IMG/VR virus record: IMGVR_UViG_3300012667_000440
Coordinates: 1 to 64,000 of that record
DNA length: 64,000 bases
Direction: 5' to 3' (one strand)
From: a virus
Taxonomy: Duplodnaviria > Caudoviricetes
The first letter of the stretch is position 1. Each line of letters starts with the position of its first letter. Below are positions 8,922-17,941 of the stretch, in pieces. The position numbers and the translations under genes were made by a program. The notes under the pieces were generated by a model, which did not search any database, was not told the origin of the DNA, and saw only the letters and a list, made by a program, of their open reading frames with translations.

Positions 8922-10175
8922 ATGACTACTACATCGAAAAAAGAAAAGAAGCCAACACAAACTCGCGAGTTTACTACGGCTGAAAAGAACAAAGTTATTG
9001 AAAAACTGGTTACAGCCCGCGTTGGCTTGTTGCTGCGTCATCCATTCTTCGGTAACATGGCAACTCGTATGCAACTTATTGATGCATCCGAATGGTGCCA
9101 AACACTTGCAACTGATGGTCGCAACTTCTACTACAACAATGAGTTCGTAAGCAAGCTCAAGCCTAAAGAGGCAGAGTTCGGTTTTGCACACGAAGTCTTG
9201 CACAACGTATTCGATCATTTGGGTCGTTTCGATAGTCGCGATAAGCAACTGTCCAACGTTGCCGCTGACTATGCTGTTAATCAGATTTGCAAAGATGAGC
9301 GCATTGGTGAGTTTCCTAGCTTTATGAAAGTCTACCAAGATAACAAATATCGCGGTATGAGCTTTGAACAAATCTATGCAGACTTGTATGAAAAAGCCGA
9401 CAAGATCGATTTAGATAAACTCGGCGAAATGCTCGACGATCACTTAGACGAAGGCGACGGTGGTGAAGGTGAAGGTGAAGGCGGCGAAGGTAACAAAGAA
9501 GGCAAAGGTCCTCCACGTTATACAGAAGCCGAGAAGAAGCAGATCCGTGACGAGATCAAAGAAGCAATGGTAGCAGCCGCACAATCTGCAGGCGCTGGTA
9601 AGATTCCAGCAGGTGTTCGTCGTTTGATCTCCGACTTCACTGAGCCACAAATGGACTGGCGTCAACTGTTGCGTATGAATATTCAAAGTATTCTCAAAAG
9701 CAACTTTAGCTTCAGCCGTCCTAACCGTAAGAGTCAACACTGCGGTGCCATCTTGCCAGGCATGATGAACGAAGAAACTATCGATGTGTCAGTTGCAATC
9801 GACATGTCAGGTTCTATTAGCGATTCAATGGCCAAAGACTTCCTGAGTGAAGTTAAAGGCATCATGGACGAATACAAAGACTTCAAACTTGATTTGTGGT
9901 GCTTTGATACTCGCACATACAACTATGCTAAGTTCAGTGGCGATACTGCTGACGAAATTATGGACTACAAAGTCAAAGGCGGCGGAGGCACTGACTTTGA
10001 CGTCAACTGGGACTTTATGAAAGAGCAAGGTATCGAACCCAAGCGTTTCATTATGTTTACAGACGGTTATCCTTGCGGTAGCTGGGGCGACGAAAACTAC
10101 TGCGAAACATTGTTTGTGATTCACGGCACTGAATCTATTGTGTCTCCATTTGGTCAAACTGCTTACTACAAATGA
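8922..10175 (+). CDS. HExxH metallopeptidase-like plus VWA domain protein (DUF2201-like), MoxR partner
   Basis: TLATDG, AHEVLH, NVAADYAVN, acidic Gly linker, MIDAS DMSGS, GGGTDF, FTDG; ATG 8922 follows AAGGA. Confidence 0.88.
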   Translation: MTTTSKKEKKPTQTREFTTAEKNKVIEKLVTARVGLLLRHPFFGNMATRMQLIDASEWCQTLATDGRNFYYNNEFVSKLKPKEAEFGFAHEVLHNVFDHLGRFDSRDKQLSNVAADYAVNQICKDERIGEFPSFMKVYQDNKYRGMSFEQIYADLYEKADKIDLDKLGEMLDDHLDEGDGGEGEGEGGEGNKEGKGPPRYTEAEKKQIRDEIKEAMVAAAQSAGAGKIPAGVRRLISDFTEPQMDWRQLLRMNIQSILKSNFSFSRPNRKSQHCGAILPGMMNEETIDVSVAIDMSGSISDSMAKDFLSEVKGIMDEYKDFKLDLWCFDTRTYNYAKFSGDTADEIMDYKVKGGGGTDFDVNWDFMKEQGIEPKRFIMFTDGYPCGSWGDENYCETLFVIHGTESIVSPFGQTAYYK

Positions 10176-10393
10176 AAAAATGGAACGACAGTCTCTGGCT
10201 CTTTACCGTTGAGGAGTTTAATCAACTTCCCGATGGTATTGGGCTAAAGTGTATCAATAATAAGATTGTAATAAAAGGCAAAGATTATATCGATCTCGAC
10301 ACACGATTTGATCATATAGCATATGGTGTCAGCGATCCGTGGAACCACAAAGAGAAGCATCTATTTTTAATGTTCGGTCTTTGCCAGGAATAA
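10172..10393 (+). CDS. Hypothetical protein
   Basis: 73 aa ORF overlapping the upstream stop. Confidence 0.65.
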   Translation: MKKWNDSLWLFTVEEFNQLPDGIGLKCINNKIVIKGKDYIDLDTRFDHIAYGVSDPWNHKEKHLFLMFGLCQE

Positions 10394-10409
10394 ATAAAGT
10401 AGGTATATA

Positions 10410-10694
10410 ATGTCATTAGCAAAGGGTCGAGTAAATCCACTAAATGTAGTAGGGCAGCGAAAGTTATCCTACATCCCAGAACACTTTGGTGTTATGAATA
10501 TTTTAGATATTAGTATTGTCGATAAAATCGATCAGTGGATTTATTATAACTTAAATAGCAGATACTGTGTTAAAGTAAAACAAGGACTTGATGCACAGAG
10601 AAGAATAGTGGATATTTGCGAAATTGGCATTGAAGATTCTAAAGAATTAACTATGCTAGGATTAGCATGTCCTTACTTACATAAAAACAATTAG
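10410..10694 (+). CDS. Hypothetical protein
   Basis: 94 aa; TAAATA at 10391-10396 and AGGT RBS. Confidence 0.7.
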   Translation: MSLAKGRVNPLNVVGQRKLSYIPEHFGVMNILDISIVDKIDQWIYYNLNSRYCVKVKQGLDAQRRIVDICEIGIEDSKELTMLGLACPYLHKNN

Positions 10695-10702
10695 GAGAAT
10701 AT

Positions 10703-10930
10703 ATGTCAGAAAATACAGAACAAGCTCAACAGCCAGCACCAGAATTAACTATCGTCGATCTTCAGAACATTCGTTCCATTATCGATGTAGCTGCAAAACG
10801 CGGCGCATTTGGTGCAGGTGAAATGGCTGCAATCGGAGGTGTTTATAACAAGCTAGAAGCCTTCTTAGCAGCAGTTGCACCTCAACAAGCACCAGCAGAA
10901 GGTTCAGAAGATACACCTTCTGCTGAATAA
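10703..10930 (+). CDS. Hypothetical protein
   Basis: 75 aa; AGGAG RBS. Confidence 0.75.
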   Translation: MSENTEQAQQPAPELTIVDLQNIRSIIDVAAKRGAFGAGEMAAIGGVYNKLEAFLAAVAPQQAPAEGSEDTPSAE

Positions 10931-10939
10931 GGGGATACT

Positions 10940-11527
10940 ATGAAACACGTTGGTAGAATGAAAAATAACGGAGCTCGAGTTGCAATTGCTTATCGCACAT
11001 TGCCAGGAGATCCACATAGCGCATTAGTAATCGGCACACAAGGACTAGGTGACAGTTATCATGACACACTTATGTCGTTAATCGAAAGCGATGCAGGACA
11101 ACAAACGAATGAACTTGCAGAAGTGCTAGCAGTTCGTCGATTTCCAGACGGGTCAGTCATGCTTGGATATCTACACTCAAACAATCATTTGAAAAAGGTT
11201 CCAACTTCTAACGTGCTTGTTACTCCAGATAGTCAAACACAAATTCCGTTAAATGAGCTAAACGAGATTATCGCTAAACAAAAAGGTGTCGATCTTGAAG
11301 ACTTGGCAGTTAGTGACGGTTCTCCAAAGAAGCCAAAGACTACTAAAAAAGTGCAAGTTGAAGAATCAATTAGCACTGATACAAAAACTACAACATTTGA
11401 AATGACTCCTGCAGAAATGCGCAGTCGTGCTGATGCACTTTATAAAGAAGCTGCAAGACTACGTAAGGATGCCGATGCAATGGATCCTCCAAAAAGCAAA
11501 AAGAAAGCAGTAGTAGAAGTTGAATGA
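10940..11527 (+). CDS. Hypothetical protein
   Basis: 195 aa; AAGGGG RBS. Confidence 0.8.
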   Translation: MKHVGRMKNNGARVAIAYRTLPGDPHSALVIGTQGLGDSYHDTLMSLIESDAGQQTNELAEVLAVRRFPDGSVMLGYLHSNNHLKKVPTSNVLVTPDSQTQIPLNELNEIIAKQKGVDLEDLAVSDGSPKKPKTTKKVQVEESISTDTKTTTFEMTPAEMRSRADALYKEAARLRKDADAMDPPKSKKKAVVEVE

Positions 11528-12018
11528 TTAACTGTATAGTTGCAGTTGAGCGTAACCAGGGTATTGGATTTAATGGTCAAATGCCCTGGCCTCACCTTAA
11601 AGGCGATATGTCTTGGTTTAAACAAATTACAACTAACCAAGTTGTAATTATGGGATCAACTACTTGGAAAAGTATCGGATATAAACCATTACCTAATCGT
11701 ATTAATTTAGTTTTATCTAGATCCACAGACTACTCTGGTGATAATGCAGCTGATCACACATTTAGTGATCCGGATACTGCAATCGCATTTTGCGAAAATG
11801 AATATCCAGATAAAGAAATTTTTATCATCGGTGGAAGTGTTGTATATCAAAGATACTTAGACAAAGTTGATAGATTTTTTGTAACTGAGATTGACCAAGA
11901 TTATCAATGCGATACATTTTTTGATTTAAAATATGTTAAAGAAAACTTTACAAAAGTCAAAGAACATGCTATATTTACTGAACCAGTAATATATACTATA
12001 AAAGAATACAACTTATGA
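11524..12018 (+). CDS. folA: Dihydrofolate reductase
   Basis: GIGFNGQMPW, DMSWFK, VIMGSTTW, PLPNRINLVLS, IIGG, CDTFF. Confidence 0.95.
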   Translation: MINCIVAVERNQGIGFNGQMPWPHLKGDMSWFKQITTNQVVIMGSTTWKSIGYKPLPNRINLVLSRSTDYSGDNAADHTFSDPDTAIAFCENEYPDKEIFIIGGSVVYQRYLDKVDRFFVTEIDQDYQCDTFFDLKYVKENFTKVKEHAIFTEPVIYTIKEYNL

Positions 12019-12899
12019 AACATCAAGAATACGCATATTTAGACGCACTAAAAGACATTTTAGAAAACGGCGACAGTCGTCCAGATCGAACAGGAGTCGG
12101 AACTATTAGTAAGTTCGGAGTTCAAATGAGATTCGATCTTACAGAAGGATTCCCTGCTGTTACAACAAAGAAGCTAGCATGGAAAGCCTGCGTTAGCGAG
12201 CTACTTTGGTTTATCGAAGGTAGTGGTGACGAGTTTAGATTGAGAGAAATCTTACACGGAGATCGTAAGAGCGAAAAGAAAACTATTTGGACTGATAACG
12301 CACAAGCAGATTATTGGGTTAATAAACGCTTACAAAGACACGCAGGCGACCTAGGGCGTGTGTATGGTGTGCAATGGCGTAAATGGCGTAAGCCGTTGAT
12401 TCGTATCAACAAAGTTATTCTACAAAATCACGATCAGTTGCTAGAATTGATCGACGGTATTAAGAATGATCCATATAGCCGCAGACACATCATCTCTGCT
12501 TGGAATCCAGGCGAACTTGATATGATGGCACTACCACCATGTCATATGATGGCACAGTTCTATGTTAACAATGGAAAACTTAGTTGCCAGATGTATCAGC
12601 GTTCAGCAGATATGTTCTTAGGTATTCCATTTAACATTGCAAGCTATGCATTGTTTACACACATGATTGCACAGGTGTGCAACTTAGAAGTAGGTGAGTT
12701 GATTATTACAATCGGCGATGCACACATTTACGAAAATCATGTCGAACAAGTTAAAGAACAGTTGGCAAGAAAGCCAATTGAACTGCCAAAACTAAAGCTC
12801 AACTCCGATATTAATATCATTACAAATTTCGAAATGGAAGATATTGATCTTGTAGATTATGTGAGCCACGATGCTATCAAAGCACCAATGGCTGTTTAA
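12015..12899 (+). CDS. thyA: Thymidylate synthase
   Basis: DRTGVGT, ELLWF, YGVQWR, LPPCH, YQRSADMFLGIPFN (dUMP-specifying Asn), GDAHIY. Confidence 0.96.
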   Translation: MKHQEYAYLDALKDILENGDSRPDRTGVGTISKFGVQMRFDLTEGFPAVTTKKLAWKACVSELLWFIEGSGDEFRLREILHGDRKSEKKTIWTDNAQADYWVNKRLQRHAGDLGRVYGVQWRKWRKPLIRINKVILQNHDQLLELIDGIKNDPYSRRHIISAWNPGELDMMALPPCHMMAQFYVNNGKLSCQMYQRSADMFLGIPFNIASYALFTHMIAQVCNLEVGELIITIGDAHIYENHVEQVKEQLARKPIELPKLKLNSDINIITNFEMEDIDLVDYVSHDAIKAPMAV

Positions 12900-14533
12900 A
12901 CTTTAACTTCAATAACTCCGAAAGAGCCTTCGAAATTTTCGAGGGCTTTTCCTATTACAGCATCCGAACTATCATGTGGTTGCTTCTTAACAGCATATCC
13001 TGCTTTATAACCACTGGCAACTAGCAGATCGCCCTTGTTAACAGGGCCTACAATTTTGCATGGAACACGGCCTTTTAAGGCAATATAGGGGTGTGTTTCG
13101 TCAGTTCCTGCATCAGAATTCATCATATATGCTGGATTTTTAGACACAATACCTGCTACTGCTGTCGTAGCAGCAAACGTGGCAATAGTTACTTCTTTTT
13201 CGCCGCCGTGCATTAACACGGTTCCAAATTCATATGCTGCATCTGCTTCATAGCGTTCTGCCAAGTCAGCATAAGTAGCCTGAAGGGTACTAGATCCGGT
13301 TAATGCCCATCTTCCAGTTATTGATCCATTAGTAGTATCACTGCCAGAAGTAATAACTTGTGTAGTTACATTTCCAGTATGAAGTCCTGTAGTGTTACCA
13401 GTTAAGTTTCCTGTAACATTGCCAGTTAAGTTTCCTGTAACATTACCAATTACAATTCCGGTAAGCGTACCAGTTAATGAAGTTGCAGTAACAGTAGTAG
13501 CATTAAGAGTTTTTGTATAGATTGTTCTATATCTACTGCCAACATCAGTTGATCCTAGGTCAACATCTACTGTCGGTCCCGGAAGAATTTGTGTTCCGTT
13601 AATAGTTAAAATATTAGTTATACTGCCGGACACTGAAGGATATCTTAAATTAAACGATATCTTTGTGCCGGCAGTGGCAGTTATCTTTCCTTCTTCTTGA
13701 CCCGAATCTGAATGGAATTTAAAAACACTATTAACTCCGACTAAGACACCGTCGTCACTTGGTACATTAAAACCGTTTGTAGTGTTTGTTGCACTATCAA
13801 AATAATCTTTTAGCAAATAGTCGCTTGCCGCGATGCCGCCCAATCTTAATGAATCAGTTGCAGAACCGTGAAAGTAATAAGGAGTTGCACCAGTGGATAT
13901 ACCATTTATAACATTAGGCAAGTTAATACCCGGTCTAATATAGTTAAACTTCAACGAGTTAACAGGATCTGATTCATCAGTAAAGTAAGCAGAATCTCTC
14001 GAAACTATCAAAGTCGGAGTCGAATCTTCTAACGTAGGGTTTAATGTATGTATATATGCAGGATGAGTGTTTGTGTTTGTATCAGTTATCGACGTTGAAA
14101 TAATAGACGAACCGCTAGAAGATCCAGAACTAGCACTTGCAGAAGGACCAATTAATGTATATCCACTACTTGATCCGCTATTTCTAATATACAATTTTTG
14201 TTGACTAGAATGAAAGAACAAATCTCCGTTATTTAAAGACTTAACAGGAAATGCTGAGTCATATATCACATGAGGAAATGTTCGAAAATCTGTGCCGTCC
14301 CATACTCTTAATTTCTTTTCGGTAGAGTTATAATATAACTGACCCATAATAACTTTAGGAGGTGGAGTAGAATTTGAAAAATTCTCTAATAATTTTAGCA
14401 AATTTTCGTTAATAATTTCACCGTAACCGGAGTAATTTTTACCGACAAATGTTAAATCAGTAGTCTGATTGATCGATCCGTCGGCTACTGTTGCTATTAC
14501 TGATCCATTGGTTTTATTTAGAATATATGGCAT
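12896..14533 (-). CDS. Tail fibre/baseplate-associated protein with C-terminal chaperone-like (ADLAE) domain
   Basis: Shared paralog N-terminus (LLENF...GQLYY); GNVTGNLT repeats; C-terminal YADLAERY...ALKGRVPCK...IGKALE. Confidence 0.75.
   Translation of the reverse strand: MPYILNKTNGSVIATVADGSINQTTDLTFVGKNYSGYGEIINENLLKLLENFSNSTPPPKVIMGQLYYNSTEKKLRVWDGTDFRTFPHVIYDSAFPVKSLNNGDLFFHSSQQKLYIRNSGSSSGYTLIGPSASASSGSSSGSSIISTSITDTNTNTHPAYIHTLNPTLEDSTPTLIVSRDSAYFTDESDPVNSLKFNYIRPGINLPNVINGISTGATPYYFHGSATDSLRLGGIAASDYLLKDYFDSATNTTNGFNVPSDDGVLVGVNSVFKFHSDSGQEEGKITATAGTKISFNLRYPSVSGSITNILTINGTQILPGPTVDVDLGSTDVGSRYRTIYTKTLNATTVTATSLTGTLTGIVIGNVTGNLTGNVTGNLTGNTTGLHTGNVTTQVITSGSDTTNGSITGRWALTGSSTLQATYADLAERYEADAAYEFGTVLMHGGEKEVTIATFAATTAVAGIVSKNPAYMMNSDAGTDETHPYIALKGRVPCKIVGPVNKGDLLVASGYKAGYAVKKQPHDSSDAVIGKALENFEGSFGVIEVKV
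13398..13444. repeat. 24 bp-period tandem repeat encoding NVTGNLTG
   Basis: CCAGTTAAGTTTCCTGTAACATT at 13398-13420 and 13422-13444. Confidence 0.85.
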
Positions 14534-14554
14534 TATCTGTCAATCCGATTATTT

Positions 14555-16117
14555 TTAATATTTAATAATTGCCTGTAAAGCAATATTTCGTGGGCGTGTC
14601 TCGCTGCCACCTGTTGAACTTGTTGTTCTTTGATAATTAGAATCGTAATTATCGTTATCAGCTCCACCATTTGACCCGTAGGCTCCGTTAAACTGCCCGT
14701 CTTGTCCCCAATGTTCTTTAAAATAAGTATCTACGTAAGGATGAGAGTGAGCTGCAAAAGATTCAGATTGTGCACTACCAATTGCTCTTCCAGTATCAAC
14801 TCCGCGACCGTTGTCCCATCCTCTTACAAATTCTCCGCGTATATCAGGAAGTTTAAAAGTAGTATCAGTTTGCCCGTATGTTCCGCCCAACACTGCATAT
14901 AATGCAGCATATGTTGATTTCGATAACGATTGTCCATTAAGTGCTAGATATCCGGCAGGCACTGCTGCTACTGCGGTATACATAATTGTTCCAGTAGGAA
15001 TTCCCTGAAAGCCACTAATTTGACTTTGTAGCGAATTGTCTGCTGAAATTCTATTTGCAATTTCAGCAGACACTGCATCATCAATATATTGTTTAATTGC
15101 CCGTTGTGTTGCTAATCTAGAATCAGAGTTAGCTGCTAGTGCTGTATCATTATCAAATCTTGTTATAGAAGCCAAGTTAGCATCAGTAAGATTAGAAAAT
15201 TTCACACTAGTTGCATTCACTGTAGCAGCATCAGTTGTCTGTGTATAGACATTACCCCATCTTAAAGAATTAGTTCCGAGATCTGCGCCGCCATTAGTAG
15301 CCGGTTTTAATCCATCATTAATCGTCCACAACCCTCCTATAGCACCAGAAGTGCTTGTATTAATAGAAGATACATTAATATCGGTTGCTGCAATTCCAGC
15401 TGTCGAAGTTCTCTGCACAATAGAATTAGAAGTTGCTGTAGATGATGCAGAAACAAAATTACCTAAATCATTTTTTAACTTGTTAGAACTATCAGAAAAT
15501 TTGCTCCATCCGTAAATCTGTACATCAGTAGTTGATCCATTCTTTAATGTAATTCCTTTGTAGGCATAAGGAAACCCAGATAAACCGTTTGTAGAATTAA
15601 CATCGAAGCTGGTGCCGCTAATTATTGCAATTACTTCTCCGTCGAGCACACACTTAATTACAGGATGAAGATCATCTGATAAATCAGTTAATGTTGCTGA
15701 CACAAATTTAGTAGTCGAAAATCCTGGTAAATTTTCAGGACCAATAACTGTAAATCCAGTTCCTGTATTAATCGACAATTGTTGATTAGCAGTATCGTAC
15801 CATAAATTTCCAATACTAGATGACAAGCTAGATGATGTAGAATAATTTAAAACTGCAAGCGTTTGCCATGTATTCACATTATACACTTTGATAACGTTAT
15901 TCGTTTTATCAAACCAAAGTTGTCCAGTATTTTTATTTGCCGGTTCTGTTAGTGCAGCAAAGTTTTCTAATAAATGAAGGAAATTATTATTTTGAATTTC
16001 GCCAAAGTTAGAAACATTCTTACCAATAAAGGTAAGACTAGACGTTGTTTGGTCAGTAAACCCATCTTGTAATTCTAATAATAGTGTGCCGTCTGATTTT
16101 CTAATTGTATATGCCAT
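14555..16117 (-). CDS. Tail fibre protein with tail-collar domain
   Basis: Shared N-terminus; C-terminal IPTGTI...YAALYAVLG..YG....FKLPDIRGEFVRGWDNGRGVD...ETRPRNIAL. Confidence 0.85.
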   Translation of the reverse strand: MAYTIRKSDGTLLLELQDGFTDQTTSSLTFIGKNVSNFGEIQNNNFLHLLENFAALTEPANKNTGQLWFDKTNNVIKVYNVNTWQTLAVLNYSTSSSLSSSIGNLWYDTANQQLSINTGTGFTVIGPENLPGFSTTKFVSATLTDLSDDLHPVIKCVLDGEVIAIISGTSFDVNSTNGLSGFPYAYKGITLKNGSTTDVQIYGWSKFSDSSNKLKNDLGNFVSASSTATSNSIVQRTSTAGIAATDINVSSINTSTSGAIGGLWTINDGLKPATNGGADLGTNSLRWGNVYTQTTDAATVNATSVKFSNLTDANLASITRFDNDTALAANSDSRLATQRAIKQYIDDAVSAEIANRISADNSLQSQISGFQGIPTGTIMYTAVAAVPAGYLALNGQSLSKSTYAALYAVLGGTYGQTDTTFKLPDIRGEFVRGWDNGRGVDTGRAIGSAQSESFAAHSHPYVDTYFKEHWGQDGQFNGAYGSNGGADNDNYDSNYQRTTSSTGGSETRPRNIALQAIIKY

Positions 16118-16126
16118 TCTTATTCC

Positions 16127-17938
16127 TTAAGCGATAGTTTGATACCATGTCCAAACGCCGTCAAGAACTCTAAATTCTTGAACAACATATGACGTAGCGG
16201 AAATGATTGCGGTTTGTGTAGAAATCGCAGCGTTTGATGCAATCGAAGTTACTACTTGTTGTCCCGATATGTCTCCAACTGCATAGTTAACTACTGCACT
16301 ATGTGCCGGAATATTAATCGTAGGCCTAGAACATAACACTCTTGCACGAACTCCGTTTGGTAGATCAAATACATTGTCTTCAACAGGATTAGTTACAGGC
16401 AACATCATGTTTAAAAATGGTATTAACTCGATCTTTTCGTCAACCATGTTTGTAACATCCAAACTAAAAACAAATCCTTTTGTACCAACTAAGTATACAG
16501 AATCGTCAACGTACTTTTTATTTACTGCATCTAGTGCGGTTGTACAGGTAGATACATTAGTAATTTTATTTCCAGATGCATCAATTGTTGCATCACCGAC
16601 AACTGATAGATACAGCGTTTGATCTTCGCCAACGGTGCTAATAGTATTTCCAGAAATAGTAACATTGGTTATTGTTAAATGATCTAGTATTCCAAGTGAG
16701 GTTAATCCAGGGGCAGATGATATAATACTCCCTAACGAACTAGCGCCAATGACTGTATTACCATCAATTTTATAAGAACCTGTGCTTGAAATAAGATTAA
16801 CATTCTCACTAAATTCCCAAGCACTATCATGCGAAGCTGTCCAAGTAATAGTATGATCAGTTGCACCGATTAAAGTAATACCTCCGCCTTCAACAGTTGT
16901 ATCATTTGGAGAAACTTGACCAAAACCTAATTGAATATTTTTATCGTTAATCTGAAGATTAACTGACTCTACGTTAGTAGAAGTGCCCAATACATACAGA
17001 TTCCCATTGATGCGAGTATCTCCTAAAATATCCAAAGAATATTCAGGATTTTCTGTAAGAATACCAATTCGACGATTAGCACTATCTAATTGAATTCCAG
17101 TAAAATATCCTACTCCGCTGTTTACTCCTCGAATTCGAAGACTTTTGTTTGTGCTATTATGGGATATATTAGAGTTTTGAGAATCAACCGAAATAGAGAC
17201 ATCTTGGTTAAGGCCTACATATAGTCCAGCAGAGTCTAACAAACTCAACGATCCAGAAATTATTCCGTCTTGATCATTTCTTATATACAAATCAGGTGTA
17301 ACACCTTGAATAGCATCTGCACTTGTAGCAGTTCCAACAAATCGTATTCCACTAATAGAAGTGTTTAAGTTAAATCCTACTGCAACTGATCCCATTCCGT
17401 TAAATGCAACATCAAAAACAAATGCAGTCGATGAAGCAATTCCTAGCAATGTGCCTTTATTGTATAAACAAGCAACCAGTTGATCAGCCTTTGTAGTATC
17501 TTTAATGGTTTCAACAACCCACCCAGATTTACCATCTAATACAGAATATTGAGGAGCAGCAAGAATAAAATCATTACCATCGGGTGTAAACCACAATTGT
17601 TGATTTGTAGTATCAATCCACAAATCTCCTTGATTAAATAACGTCGGCTTTGTTGACGAAACCTGTGCGCCTGCAACTGGCTTGAATATTCTATCCACAC
17701 CATAGACATACATGCGGCCATCAATTTTATTATACCAAAGTTGTCCAACTAGAGGAGACCTCGGCTCGTTCGTCGATGAAAAATTTTCTAATAATCCTAT
17801 TAGATTATTATTATAATATTGTCCATACGAATCAACATTTTTACCAATAAGCGCCAAACTAGTTGTTAACTGATCGACTTTTGTATCGCTCAGTGTTAAA
17901 ATTGTAGTGCCTTCTGAATTTTTTATAGTATATGCCAT
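16127..17938 (-). CDS. Baseplate/tail-fibre-associated structural protein
   Basis: Shared paralog N-terminus; beta-rich repeats; DAVNKKYVD fibre motif. Confidence 0.7.
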   Translation of the reverse strand: MAYTIKNSEGTTILTLSDTKVDQLTTSLALIGKNVDSYGQYYNNNLIGLLENFSSTNEPRSPLVGQLWYNKIDGRMYVYGVDRIFKPVAGAQVSSTKPTLFNQGDLWIDTTNQQLWFTPDGNDFILAAPQYSVLDGKSGWVVETIKDTTKADQLVACLYNKGTLLGIASSTAFVFDVAFNGMGSVAVGFNLNTSISGIRFVGTATSADAIQGVTPDLYIRNDQDGIISGSLSLLDSAGLYVGLNQDVSISVDSQNSNISHNSTNKSLRIRGVNSGVGYFTGIQLDSANRRIGILTENPEYSLDILGDTRINGNLYVLGTSTNVESVNLQINDKNIQLGFGQVSPNDTTVEGGGITLIGATDHTITWTASHDSAWEFSENVNLISSTGSYKIDGNTVIGASSLGSIISSAPGLTSLGILDHLTITNVTISGNTISTVGEDQTLYLSVVGDATIDASGNKITNVSTCTTALDAVNKKYVDDSVYLVGTKGFVFSLDVTNMVDEKIELIPFLNMMLPVTNPVEDNVFDLPNGVRARVLCSRPTINIPAHSAVVNYAVGDISGQQVVTSIASNAAISTQTAIISATSYVVQEFRVLDGVWTWYQTIA

Positions 17939-17941
17939 TGC

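Noticed and set aside
8108-8992. 294-aa antisense ORF, plus other antisense ORFs over 7705-10157
   Set aside because: Shadows of the strongly codon-biased AAA and VWA genes; no RBS or recognisable motifs.
12015-12899. Thymidylate synthase as a possible dCMP hydroxymethylase supplying the glycosyltransferase
   Set aside because: It retains the dUMP-specific Asn (GIPFN) and is paired with DHFR, so it looks like canonical ThyA.
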